64,000 nucleotides of DNA from SAR324 cluster bacterium REDSEA-S27_B3. Its GTDB lineage: Bacteria > SAR324 > NAC60-12. The notes below the pieces were generated by a model. That model saw only the letters and a program-made list of their open reading frames with translations. It was not told the origin of the DNA and ran no database searches. Of the stretch, positions 18,217-27,708 are shown piece after piece. A program made the position numbers and the translations under genes. Location: NCBI GenBank assembly GCA_001627865.1, contig LUQO01000013.1:44714-108713 (forward strand), in the 5' to 3' direction. The number at the start of each line of letters is the position of its first letter. Within the stretch, counting starts at the first letter, position 1.

Positions 18217-19566
18217 ATGGTTTCATTCACTTTTGAAAAAACAGGCTGGCTAAATCGCTACTTGTTATATCGAGCCTCAACACCTTTTGAGCCTACAGAG
18301 CCTTACCGCAAGTTAGCAGCAGGCAAAATCGGCGAAAAAAGTTTTGATGACTGCCTGTACGCGGAGGTCAAGGAAAACGGGATGTTGCTTGGCTGTCCGG
18401 TAATAACTATGTCTGTAAAAGATCTGGCAAAGAAGCTGGATTTTCCAGATCAGAGAGGTGGAACGGTTCTGCTTTACCTGGAAACACTTTTCTCTGTTGC
18501 AATGATCGAAAATCAAACCCTGACCTCAGCAGCTCAAAATGATTCCTCAGACACATATCAACTACGACTGTTGAATGTTGTAATGCTGGTTTTGAAATAT
18601 CATTTTCCTCACAGCTACTACCGCATACCGCAGGACGTGCCTCTTACGGAATTACTTGAGCAGAATGAATCCCTGAATGGAGCATTGAGCCAGCTGGAAG
18701 AAGCTATAATTGATTATGTGACCCTGCAGGGCTATTCTTCGCTGGGCAACCGCCAGAATATTTTCAGTTTTTCCAAACTCTATTTTTTCCTGCTCTGGGC
18801 CAGAGAAAAGAGCAGGAATGATGCTGCCGGGCCTGCCAGATATATTGAAATGGATAAGCAGCTCCGGGAAGAAATGATAATCGCTTTTGCTGCGCTGATT
18901 TGGGCAGATGATCATGTTGACAGCACAGAACAGCAGGTTTTTGAAAAATACATTGATCAAACCGGTCTGGAGGAATCCAAGAAGAATCAACTTGCCAGAC
19001 AATTTCTTAAACCGGTAAAGACAGCAGATGTTACATGTTCCTTTACGGCTTCTGTTATCAGCGGTTATTTGATTGAGCAGTTGATTTTGCTTTCGTTGAT
19101 TGACAACCAGGAGGCTTGGCAGGAACGAGAACTGATAGAAAACATTTCAAACAAGCTGGGACTTTCCTTTGAGGATCTGGAAGAATTATATTTCTCTGTA
19201 GCAGAATTTTTTTCTGTTCATAATGAGCGCCTTGAGTTCCTGAAAAACAACGCTGCCGCTCAGCAGTTTCAGGATTATATGAATGATAAGGTTGTTAAGC
19301 TGGTTAAAAAAAATGTGGACAATATTATGCAGGAAATTGAGGAAACCAAAGAGCTTTCTGAGTTGCTGGTTAAAGCAACCACCACACCGCTTACCAAAGA
19401 AGAAAAACAAAAAGTACAGGATCAGTTAATGGATATTGCCAAGTCAATTCCGGCCCTTGCTATTTTTGCTCTTCCAGGCGGTGGCATTCTTTTACCCATC
19501 CTTATCAAAGTCCTGCCCTTCAACATCCTTCCCAGTTCATTCCAGGAAGAGCCGACTACCAATTAA
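18217..19566 (+). CDS. Hypothetical protein (TerB-like middle region suspected; C-terminal hydrophobic PGGG segment)
   Basis: 449-aa ORF, no strong family signature. Lys/Glu-rich helical region. Confidence 0.4.
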   Translation: MVSFTFEKTGWLNRYLLYRASTPFEPTEPYRKLAAGKIGEKSFDDCLYAEVKENGMLLGCPVITMSVKDLAKKLDFPDQRGGTVLLYLETLFSVAMIENQTLTSAAQNDSSDTYQLRLLNVVMLVLKYHFPHSYYRIPQDVPLTELLEQNESLNGALSQLEEAIIDYVTLQGYSSLGNRQNIFSFSKLYFFLLWAREKSRNDAAGPARYIEMDKQLREEMIIAFAALIWADDHVDSTEQQVFEKYIDQTGLEESKKNQLARQFLKPVKTADVTCSFTASVISGYLIEQLILLSLIDNQEAWQERELIENISNKLGLSFEDLEELYFSVAEFFSVHNERLEFLKNNAAAQQFQDYMNDKVVKLVKKNVDNIMQEIEETKELSELLVKATTTPLTKEEKQKVQDQLMDIAKSIPALAIFALPGGGILLPILIKVLPFNILPSSFQEEPTTN

Positions 19567-19577
19567 TTATTAATCTG

Positions 19578-20870
19578 ATGACTCCTCGTTTTTGGTTTCT
19601 GGTTTACAATCTGTTCTTTCTGCCTCTTCTTGCAGGAGTCATCAAAATACTGGCACCATTTAAGCGGAATATAAAAGACAGCCTTGAGCAAAGAGAAGGC
19701 CTGTGGGAACGGCTGGAAAACGCTGTTTCAAAGCGTGACTGGCAAAAGCAGCTTCTTTGGTTTCATGTTGCCAGCGCCGGCGAGTTGCTTCAGGCACAGC
19801 CTTTAATCGATCGCTGCTCGGCACAGGGATCAGAATGTGTATTAACCTACAGCTCAGTAAATGCCTTCCATTGGCTTCAGCGTCCTGGACAAACAGAAAC
19901 AAAGCATTTGCTTTCAGCAGAATTTTTGCCGCTGGATCTGATCAGGAACGTTCGCCGTTTACTGGCCTTGCTGCAGCCGTCTCGTCTGGTCTGGGTAAGT
20001 TATGATTTATGGCCAAATTTAGTCTGGGAAGCAGACCGGCAGAAAATCCCTCAATCACTGGTTTCCGGTATTGTTCATGCTGACTCTTGGAGGACTACTA
20101 ACTTTGCTGGACGTTCTTTTTATCATTCGCTTTATCAATGCCTTGATCATATTTTAACTGTTTCTGAAGCAGACCGACGCAGGGTACTTTCCTCGATTCC
20201 GGAGCATCCTTATGTTGAAGTGATGGGAGACACCCGCTGTGACAGTGTTTTAGAACGCAGGAATACTTTTCAGATACCTGAACTTCCCAGGAAGGCACAG
20301 GAAGGATTGGTTTTTGCCGCGGGAAGCACATGGCCCCAGGATGAAAAATGCGTGTTCCCAGGGCTGAAGGAAGCACTTGGAAAGTATCCGGAATTGTTTT
20401 TGATTATTGCTCCGCATGAGCCCACCGAAGAACATCTGAAAAATGCAGAAAATTATTTTGCCGGCATTCAGATGGTACGCTGGTCAAATGTTTCAAGTGC
20501 CGAAGAACAGGTCAGAATCCTGCTGATTGACAAGGTTGGTATTCTGGCTGCGCTGTATCATCATGCAGAAATGGCATACGTGGGGGGAGCATTTACTACC
20601 GGAGTACATAATATACTGGAGCCCGCAGCCATGGGCGCGGCAATTGCCTTTGGTCCTAAACACAGCAATTCTATGGAAGGACTACAAATGCTTGAACAAA
20701 AGCTGGCTGCCTGTGTGAAAAATTCCGGCGAATTTCGCGAATGGCTGTTTGATCTGCTGGGTGACAGGAAGCATTGTGAACAATTGGGAAAGCGCTCCCG
20801 GGAGTTTGTTGAAGCCCAGTCCGGAGCATCAGAGCGATGTGTTCCATTACTGGTGGGTGATCTGTACTAA
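19578..20870 (+). CDS. waaA: 3-deoxy-D-manno-octulosonic acid (Kdo) transferase
   Basis: WFHVASAGE motif (WIHAASVGE in KdtA), glycosyltransferase C-terminal domain, ~430 aa. Confidence 0.75.
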   Translation: MTPRFWFLVYNLFFLPLLAGVIKILAPFKRNIKDSLEQREGLWERLENAVSKRDWQKQLLWFHVASAGELLQAQPLIDRCSAQGSECVLTYSSVNAFHWLQRPGQTETKHLLSAEFLPLDLIRNVRRLLALLQPSRLVWVSYDLWPNLVWEADRQKIPQSLVSGIVHADSWRTTNFAGRSFYHSLYQCLDHILTVSEADRRRVLSSIPEHPYVEVMGDTRCDSVLERRNTFQIPELPRKAQEGLVFAAGSTWPQDEKCVFPGLKEALGKYPELFLIIAPHEPTEEHLKNAENYFAGIQMVRWSNVSSAEEQVRILLIDKVGILAALYHHAEMAYVGGAFTTGVHNILEPAAMGAAIAFGPKHSNSMEGLQMLEQKLAACVKNSGEFREWLFDLLGDRKHCEQLGKRSREFVEAQSGASERCVPLLVGDLY

Positions 20871-20881
20871 GATTGTCTGAT

Positions 20882-21688
20882 TTATGCTTCGCCATACAAA
20901 TTATCAGAAGCGTCCCACATTCTTCTGCACAGCACCAACGCCCCAACCTTGTCTGCACCTGCATCCAGCAGGCAGCGTGCCGCCGCATTCAGTGTGGAAC
21001 CGGTTGTCATTACATCATCCAGCAGCAAAATGCTGCGGTTCTGCACTTCCGGTGAAGCAGCGAAGGCGTTATCCAGATTGACAAGTCTTTCTGCCAATGG
21101 CAGCTCTGTTTGAGGTCGGGTGGCCCGTGTGCGTCTAAGCCAATGCGGAAAAATCGGATGAGTGTATTCTACCAGGTTTTTGCTGAAGTGATGTGTCAGC
21201 AGCAGAGACTGGTTAAACCCCCGTTTCCTCAGACGTGAGGAGTGCAGGGGAATAGGGACAACGGAATCATATTTTTCCAGCCAGTTGTTGTTTTGAAAGT
21301 TAAGCGCTAAAAGCCTCCCCAGCAAGGGAGCAAGGTGTTCCTGCCCATAAAACTTCAATCGCAGAATCCAGTCACGTATTAGATCCGTATATTCAAAACC
21401 GCTGCGGGATTCATATAAATCCCAGACTTCTTCCATACATTCTGAACATCGCAGGCGATCCGGTTCCGCTGTTCGATTGCCGCACTGCCGGCAATGATAC
21501 TGAGAATCCATCCATGGAAGTTCTTTCAGGCAAGACAGACATAGAAATGGTGAAGCAGGATCATGATACGTTTTACCTCCCAGCACTCCACCGCATTTCC
21601 AGCAAAGTGACGGGAGCAGCTGACGAATCCACTGTTTCCATACCGACGGAGGGAAAGGATGACGCAGAGATTGAACAAATTCATCCAT
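20882..21688 (-). CDS. ComF/GntX-family phosphoribosyltransferase-domain protein
   Basis: N-terminal double zinc ribbon (CWKCG...CLSC...CRQCG...CSEC) and C-terminal PRTase motif LLLDDVMTTGSTL. Confidence 0.7.
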   Translation of the reverse strand: MDEFVQSLRHPFPPSVWKQWIRQLLPSLCWKCGGVLGGKTYHDPASPFLCLSCLKELPWMDSQYHCRQCGNRTAEPDRLRCSECMEEVWDLYESRSGFEYTDLIRDWILRLKFYGQEHLAPLLGRLLALNFQNNNWLEKYDSVVPIPLHSSRLRKRGFNQSLLLTHHFSKNLVEYTHPIFPHWLRRTRATRPQTELPLAERLVNLDNAFAASPEVQNRSILLLDDVMTTGSTLNAAARCLLDAGADKVGALVLCRRMWDASDNLYGEA

Positions 21689-21769
21689 TAATGATGCTGG
21701 TGAAATATCAGTAACTACTTTTGCAGACTGAATTATATCTTTTGTAATAAGCTTATGATGAGATTGTGC

Positions 21770-22321
21770 CTATAGTAAGTTGACCATAAAACCATGTGCT
21801 TCTAAACTGCCTTCGTTTTTTAAGTGATGTGGAAGGTCTGTGTGGTAACGCAATGTTTCTCCAGCACAAATTGACTGTAATTCATCACCAATTTTGACTG
21901 TCAGATTTCCGGAACAGAGAGTAATACTTTCCAGGCTTCCCTTTCCATGTGATTCTGAATCAAGTTCAGCGCTGGGCTCCGCGTTAAATTCGTACCACTG
22001 CACAGAAGAAACAGTGTCTAGTGTGCCCAGAATTCTCAGCCGGAATCCATTGTCTTCACTTGTCACCTCCGGAGTGGCGTTCCTGCTTAGTTTTTCAAAG
22101 CAGGTTGTTCCTCCTTTAACAGCGAGAACATTTTCCAGAGGACTTTCAAGTGCTTTGGTGATTCGCCAGATTGTGGCTAAAGTCGGATTACTGAGATCTC
22201 GTTCAATCTGTGAGAGAATTGATTTTGATACTCCTGATTTAGCAGCAAGTTGATCAAGAGTAAAATTGTGCTCCTGTCTCAGACGCTGAATTTCCTGGCC
22301 GACTTTAGGTGGTGATTCCAT
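21770..22321 (-). CDS. XRE-family HTH transcriptional regulator with C-terminal cupin domain
   Basis: HTH_XRE segment LDQLAAKSGVSKSILSQIERD plus cupin-like C-terminus. Start trimmed to internal Met (MESPPKVGQ) because the N-terminal extension of the track ORF is low-complexity and overlaps a promoter-like site. Confidence 0.6.
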   Translation of the reverse strand: MESPPKVGQEIQRLRQEHNFTLDQLAAKSGVSKSILSQIERDLSNPTLATIWRITKALESPLENVLAVKGGTTCFEKLSRNATPEVTSEDNGFRLRILGTLDTVSSVQWYEFNAEPSAELDSESHGKGSLESITLCSGNLTVKIGDELQSICAGETLRYHTDLPHHLKNEGSLEAHGFMVNLL

Positions 22322-22409
22322 TTCTGCATTACTTGTTTGATTTTCCTGATAATATAAGCGTAACAGATAATACTTGAAAAGTTTACTCAATAGATTTAAA
22401 AGGAAATGT

Positions 22410-22438
22410 TTTGACAAAATAGAAAGTCCTAGCTATTG
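22410..22438 (+). promoter_or_regulatory. Sigma70-like promoter candidate upstream of tusA / sHdr operon (TTGACA-17 bp-TATTGT)
   Basis: TTGACA at 22410-22415, 17-bp spacer, TATTGT at 22433-22438, ~100 nt upstream of tusA ATG. In the divergent intergenic region shared with the XRE-cupin regulator. Confidence 0.3.
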
Positions 22439-22534
22439 TTAACGGTTATGTGATTACATCAAAAAGGGACACTTTTTTCTACAAAAGGAAATCCCATACC
22501 ATGTTTGGCGTCTCAACCCTTTAAGGTAATAGCT

Positions 22535-22771
22535 ATGAGCGACGTTACGTTTGATTCTGAACTTGATTGCAGGGGCCTGAACTGCCCGCTGCCCATCCTC
22601 AAAACTAAGAAAGCTGTTGATAAACTTCCTTCAGGGCAGATTTTGAAAATGATGGCCACAGACCCCGGCTCGGTAAGTGATGTTACATCATGGGTAAAAC
22701 GGACAGGAAATGAATTGCTCACACATACAGAACAGGACGGTGAACATTCTTTCTTTATTCGCAAGCAGTAA
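22535..22771 (+). CDS. tusA: TusA-family sulfur-carrier protein
   Basis: CPxP motif GLNCPLPI. 79 aa from ATG 22535 (MSDVTF). Confidence 0.75.
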   Translation: MSDVTFDSELDCRGLNCPLPILKTKKAVDKLPSGQILKMMATDPGSVSDVTSWVKRTGNELLTHTEQDGEHSFFIRKQ

Positions 22772-23028
22772 CCATCCAGGTATCCAGGATTCAAGACATA
22801 AAAACCCCTCAGGATAATCTAAATATAAGCATTGAATTATCAAGGGGACAGGATTGGTATGCAGTTTTTTCCTGCGCTTATCTTATCATGTGTGTAGGGA
22901 CTGCAAGATGGGAATAGTTAAAGTGCCTGGAAAATGATCAGGGTACCGAATGATTTTACAGAAATCAAACTTACTGTGTTTGAGCTGTTGATCTTGTAAT
23001 TATCCGCAAAACAAACAAAAAATGAAGA

Positions 23029-23403
23029 ATGGCTGATGAAGAAAAAATGACTGTGTTCGTGACTTCAGGTCCGGAAACTCCACAGCGGTGTGCGACACCG
23101 TTTTACATGGCTAACATTGCTGCAGCCATGGATAATGAGGCGGAAATGATCTTTCAAATCGATGGAGTGCTGCTGATGAAGAAAGGTATCGCGGAAAATC
23201 TTATGGCCAAGGAAGGAGGAAAACCGATTATTGACTTCATCCGTGAAGCCAAGGAGGCAGGAGTCGAGATGCGGGTTTGTTCTGCTGCGCTGCAGCTTCA
23301 CGAAATGACCGAGGATGATTTGATAGAGGAGTGCGACGGTGTGGTCGGCGCGGCTTACATGGTAGATGTAGGAATGGAAAGCGGAATAGTTCTTAACTAC
23401 TGA
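23029..23403 (+). CDS. dsrE3: DsrE/DsrF-family sulfurtransferase (DsrE3-type)
   Basis: DsrE-fold protein with conserved Cys region RVCSAAL; positioned between tusA and lbpA2 as in sHdr clusters. Confidence 0.7.
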   Translation: MADEEKMTVFVTSGPETPQRCATPFYMANIAAAMDNEAEMIFQIDGVLLMKKGIAENLMAKEGGKPIIDFIREAKEAGVEMRVCSAALQLHEMTEDDLIEECDGVVGAAYMVDVGMESGIVLNY

Positions 23404-23417
23404 CTGCGGAGAGTTGT

Positions 23418-23879
23418 ATGACCGAAATCAACAGCTGCCTGCTTCCGGATGAGTTGCAGTATCACATCGAGTTCAACGTCTGGCTCAAGGATAATGGAGA
23501 TGGAACATTTGATCTCGGCATGACCGACATCGCCCAGTCAATGGCGGGTTCAGTAATCCACTGCCGAGCAAAAGCGGTGGGCAAGAATGTCAAAAAAGGA
23601 AAAAGTGTTGCTACAGTGGAAAGCGGCAAATGGGTTGGTCCGGTCAAAACTCCCCTGACTGCGGAAATCATTGCCTGCAACGAAAGCATTGAAGCTGATG
23701 CTACCATCCTTAACAAAAGTCCCTACAAACAGGGCTGGATCGTACGACTCAAGCCCACCAACTTAGACGAGGAACAAGGCGAACTGGTTTCCGGAGACGC
23801 AGCAGTGGAGGGATTCAGAGGCTACATGGCCGAGAAGGAGTTCTCAAGTTGTATCCATTGTGAAGGCTTTGACAGTTAG
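23418..23879 (+). CDS. lbpA: GcvH-like lipoate-binding protein (LbpA-type, copy 2)
   Basis: Lipoyl-lysine motif TVESGKWVGPV aligned to GcvH ESVKA; ~150 aa. Immediately upstream of shdrC1. Confidence 0.7.
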   Translation: MTEINSCLLPDELQYHIEFNVWLKDNGDGTFDLGMTDIAQSMAGSVIHCRAKAVGKNVKKGKSVATVESGKWVGPVKTPLTAEIIACNESIEADATILNKSPYKQGWIVRLKPTNLDEEQGELVSGDAAVEGFRGYMAEKEFSSCIHCEGFDS

Positions 23880-23913
23880 CATCAGGAAATGATCATCAAG
23901 GAACTGACTTAGC

Positions 23914-24642
23914 ATGTCCATCTATGCTGACGCAAAATACAGTGAAGTACCTGTGGAAACAAAACAGGCACTGTTTGATGAAGTCAAAGCCGATATGCGC
24001 TATGAACACCAGCTTTACGGCTGTTACGAATGCGGTATATGTGTTGCTGCCTGTCCCTCGGCACGCTTCTATGATTTCAGTCCGCGGGTATTTGCTCAGG
24101 TCATGGCCCGTGAGGATGTTGATACATTTTACGAACTGTTAAATGACAGTGTCTGGGACTGCTCTCAGTGCTTTTCATGTACACGTTGTCCTAGGCAGAA
24201 CAATCCGGGTGCTGTCATCACCATTATGCGCGAGGTAGCGGTTAATCACGGTCTACAGTCCGCCAAGGAGGCGCTCAAGTCTTACAGCCGCATCATCTAC
24301 AAGATCATGTCCACCGGTACCCAGGTGGCACCTGACATGCTGCAGCCTGATTTCTTTCCGGATTGGGGTCCAGACGTAAAGCAGGTGTCTGAGAACCTCG
24401 ATGTATGGCGCAGGTGTGTTCCTCCGGAAACGATGCACACCACGGAACTGGCGTGGGACGTCAGCGAAAAAACCCGACTCGAGCTTTACATGATATGGAA
24501 ACTCACCGGCAACCTGGAAATGATCGAAAAAATCGATGAAGGTATCTTCATGATCCTCGAGGAGGTGATGGAGGAACTGCTGGAAGAGAATGGATACGAC
24601 ATTGACGATTTTGAGAACCTGCTTGAGGAGGACGAAGAATGA
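23914..24642 (+). CDS. shdrC1: HdrC-like iron-sulfur protein (sHdrC1)
   Basis: Two ferredoxin-type cysteine clusters (CYECGICVAACP, CSQCFSCTRCP). Confidence 0.75.
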   Translation: MSIYADAKYSEVPVETKQALFDEVKADMRYEHQLYGCYECGICVAACPSARFYDFSPRVFAQVMAREDVDTFYELLNDSVWDCSQCFSCTRCPRQNNPGAVITIMREVAVNHGLQSAKEALKSYSRIIYKIMSTGTQVAPDMLQPDFFPDWGPDVKQVSENLDVWRRCVPPETMHTTELAWDVSEKTRLELYMIWKLTGNLEMIEKIDEGIFMILEEVMEELLEENGYDIDDFENLLEEDEE

Positions 24643-24699
24643 TTTCAAATGCCTTAATTCAAAAATCAAAAACGGTTTCATCAAAATAAAGGAGATACT

Positions 24700-25902
24700 A
24701 TGCAGCAGACTTCCGCAGATAAGGTCTTTAACCCGCCAACGCTTTCATCTCGTGAATTCAAACGGGATAATCCTCCACCCACTGAGGATTACCGGGAGAA
24801 GCTATTCGAGTTGGAGAAGGCCGGTGAACTTGAAGTCCAAAGGGTTCCGGAGCCTTATGTGGAATTGGAAACCAAATACGGGAGAATCAAGAAAATACCC
24901 TATCAGATGACCTGGCATCACAAGTCATGCGGCCAATGCGGTCACATTCCGGGATACTCTACAGCCATTTTCTGGTTAAACCGGAAGCTCGGATTCGACT
25001 ACCATGACCCTCGTGATCAGACTTCCTGCACAGCCTGGAATTACTATGCGTCTTCAACATCTAACTCTGCGGCTCAGGCCGGTATCGCGGTGCGGAATTT
25101 TTCCCAGGCTAAAATCGACGGATACTTCCCAGTTATCCATTGCGGAACGAGTTACGGACATTACAAGGAAACCCGGGAGCAGCTACTACACTATCCTGTT
25201 CTGCGCAGGCAGGTGCGCAAGATTATGGACCGCCTCAAGATGCCCTTTGTGTTTCCCGAGGAAATTGTGCATTACTCGGAATGGGTGCACGCTATGCGAG
25301 ACCGGATTGCGGAGATGCAGGTACTCGATCTCAGTAATGTAACCGTCACCGTCCACCCGGCCTGCCATTACCATAAGCTGGTAGTTGAAGACGCTGTCTA
25401 TGATCGGGATCTTTTCGACGGGCAGCGGACGGCTGTCATCAGCGGACTGGTCGAGGCTCTGGGGGCCAGGGTGGGAGACTACTCAACCTGGCATGACTGC
25501 TGTGGTTTTGGGTTCCGGCACATTTTAGTCAGCCGAGACTTTTCCCGTTCATTCGCTACTACAAGAAAGATTGAGCGTATGAAAGAGGAAGTAAATCCAG
25601 ATGTTACCCTTACACATGATACCGGTTGTGTAACTACATTGGACAAAAGCCAATTTGCCGCTCAGGCTCATAAACGCAACGTAGGTATTCCAGTGATGTC
25701 TGACGCCCAGTTTGCGGCTCTGGCTATGGGTGCACATCCATACATTGTCTGTCAGCTTCACTGGCATGGTGTCGATATGAAACCTCTACTTGAAAAAATG
25801 GGAATTGATCATAAAAAGGCATGGGCCGAGTTCGAAGTCCAGGCAGAAAGAATTAAAGCCGGTGAAATCGAATATATAAGCTGGGAGGAAGCAGATGCCT
25901 GA
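24700..25902 (+). CDS. shdrB1: HdrB-like protein with CCG domains (sHdrB1)
   Basis: Cysteine-rich CCG-type motifs including WHDCCGFGF; ~400 aa. Confidence 0.75.
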   Translation: MQQTSADKVFNPPTLSSREFKRDNPPPTEDYREKLFELEKAGELEVQRVPEPYVELETKYGRIKKIPYQMTWHHKSCGQCGHIPGYSTAIFWLNRKLGFDYHDPRDQTSCTAWNYYASSTSNSAAQAGIAVRNFSQAKIDGYFPVIHCGTSYGHYKETREQLLHYPVLRRQVRKIMDRLKMPFVFPEEIVHYSEWVHAMRDRIAEMQVLDLSNVTVTVHPACHYHKLVVEDAVYDRDLFDGQRTAVISGLVEALGARVGDYSTWHDCCGFGFRHILVSRDFSRSFATTRKIERMKEEVNPDVTLTHDTGCVTTLDKSQFAAQAHKRNVGIPVMSDAQFAALAMGAHPYIVCQLHWHGVDMKPLLEKMGIDHKKAWAEFEVQAERIKAGEIEYISWEEADA

Positions 25903-26953
25903 AAATCCTGTACTGGTGATTGGAGGAGGACCGGCAGGTCTCGAAGCCGCCCGAGGGGTGGCAGACCTGGGCTATCATGTTAAACTTGTTGAAAAGGCCG
26001 AGCGACTGGGAGGAATGCCGATCCTTGCGGATTATGCTGCACTAACGCCGAACATGGTGAATGCTGAGGAAGCTATGGGAGAGATGGTCCAGCGCATCGA
26101 AAATGATGAGCTGATCGATATTCGGACTTCCACGGAAGTGATCCGGGCCTCCGGTTCTGCCCCTGCTCTCGAGATTGGTTTGAATGGGCCTGGAGGAGAG
26201 GAGGATATTCAGACTGGTGGAGTTATCGTGGCAACAGGATTCCAGCATTTCGATCCAGGCAAGGAAACACAGATGTACGGGTATTACGAATTTGACGACG
26301 TGATCACCCTCGTTGATACCGAAAGGATGCTCAAAGCAGGAAAATTCGTGAGACCCTCAACCGGAGAAGCGCCGAAACAGGTTTGCTTCATTCAGTGTGT
26401 TGGCAGCCGTGACCGTCAGATCGGTAACCCGTGGTGCTCAAAAGTCTGTTGCGGAATCGCCACAAAGGAAGCCATTGAAATTCGTCAACTGATACCTGAT
26501 TGTAGAGTGTTCATCTTCTACATTGACATGCGTATGTATGGGTTCTGGGAAGATGAAATCTACTGGAAAGCCCAGGAGAAATACAAGGTGAACTTCATCC
26601 GCGGGATTGTTACCGAGATCACCAAGCGTGGTGATCAGGTAGTGGTCAAGGGGGAGGATACGACCATGGGAAGACCGGTAGAGGTGCCTATGGACGTGGT
26701 CATTCTTTCTATTGGAATGGAGCCCAGCGAGGGGACGAAGAAGATGGGAGAACTGTTTCAACTGCCGTCGACCCATGGTTTCATAGAAAGCATCGGTGGA
26801 GCTTTAAACACAGTAGTAACAAGCGTACCGGGAATATTTGTAGCGGGTGCTGCAGCCGGTCCGGCGGACCTGGAGGACTCTGTTTCCATGGGTGGCGCAG
26901 CAGCGATGAAGGCGGCTGCCTTTCTTCGAAAGGCCAACCTGCGGGTTGCGTAA
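25895..26953 (+). CDS. shdrA: HdrA-like FAD/4Fe-4S flavoprotein (sHdrA)
   Basis: FAD Rossmann motif VIGGGPAGLEAA and HdrA signature CFIQCVGSRDRQIGNPWCSKVCC. Confidence 0.8.
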   Translation: MPENPVLVIGGGPAGLEAARGVADLGYHVKLVEKAERLGGMPILADYAALTPNMVNAEEAMGEMVQRIENDELIDIRTSTEVIRASGSAPALEIGLNGPGGEEDIQTGGVIVATGFQHFDPGKETQMYGYYEFDDVITLVDTERMLKAGKFVRPSTGEAPKQVCFIQCVGSRDRQIGNPWCSKVCCGIATKEAIEIRQLIPDCRVFIFYIDMRMYGFWEDEIYWKAQEKYKVNFIRGIVTEITKRGDQVVVKGEDTTMGRPVEVPMDVVILSIGMEPSEGTKKMGELFQLPSTHGFIESIGGALNTVVTSVPGIFVAGAAAGPADLEDSVSMGGAAAMKAAAFLRKANLRVA

Positions 26954-27705
26954 TGCTTTTTGATTCGCTGACGCTTGAAGAAGTCGTCGATTCCGAATCA
27001 GCCCTGGAATTCATGAAGGAAGCCACAAAGCTGGCCAGTTCTGCTGACCTGGAGGACCTCTCCGAGCGGGTTTCGCTCAAGGCGGAATGCTTCAATAAGT
27101 ATCTGAACCCGACAAGCGTGGAAGAACTGAAGGAGGAGCAGTTTGACCAGATCGTTCGTTTGATTTTTTCAATAGGACGCAAATCGAAGCGCCTGATCGC
27201 TGCCAACGGGTTCGAAAACCTTCGCGTCAGGATCAGTGAGCTACTGCATGGTGATGCACCTGTTGAGGAGCGCTTCAACGTTTTTGTCAAAGGTGTTGAA
27301 GGTGTTGAGGAAAAAATGCGGATTAACTTTGCCGGAGAACTGCTACATTTCTCAATGCCTGAGCGTTACTGGCTCTGGACAAACTGGATCTGGGATCCAG
27401 ATAACAACACGGGAGCTCTGCCATTGGTGGTTCAGGAGGAAGTTGATTTGCTTGGAGACACTCAGGGTGAGACGTATCTGAGGGTAGGCAAGGCGATGGC
27501 TTACGTGAACAAGGTTGGAAACGAGCGAGGTTATTCCCGAGTGGGTCATGGAACTTATGGGATCGATGTCTTCTTGGCCTGTGTTTACGCAGTGTACATG
27601 TACACGGTTTTCAGAGTAAAGCTGTCTGATGAATTCAACCGAATTCTTCCGGAACTGCCTGAACTGACGCGCCGCGTGCTTGGAGTGCAAAAATTAGAAT
27701 TGTAA
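26953..27705 (+). CDS. Hypothetical protein of the sHdr operon (sHdrH position)
   Basis: 250-aa ORF between hdrA-like and fused hdrC/B-like gene, translationally coupled (ATG overlaps upstream stop). Confidence 0.5.
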   Translation: MLFDSLTLEEVVDSESALEFMKEATKLASSADLEDLSERVSLKAECFNKYLNPTSVEELKEEQFDQIVRLIFSIGRKSKRLIAANGFENLRVRISELLHGDAPVEERFNVFVKGVEGVEEKMRINFAGELLHFSMPERYWLWTNWIWDPDNNTGALPLVVQEEVDLLGDTQGETYLRVGKAMAYVNKVGNERGYSRVGHGTYGIDVFLACVYAVYMYTVFRVKLSDEFNRILPELPELTRRVLGVQKLEL

Positions 27706-27708
27706 GTT

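Noticed and set aside
22322-22417. N-terminal extension (MSKHFLLNLLSKLFKYYLLRLYYQENQTSNAE) of the XRE-cupin ORF
   Set aside because: Low-complexity, and it would swallow the intergenic region containing the TTGACA-17-TATTGT promoter candidate. The internal Met before the HTH is the likelier start.
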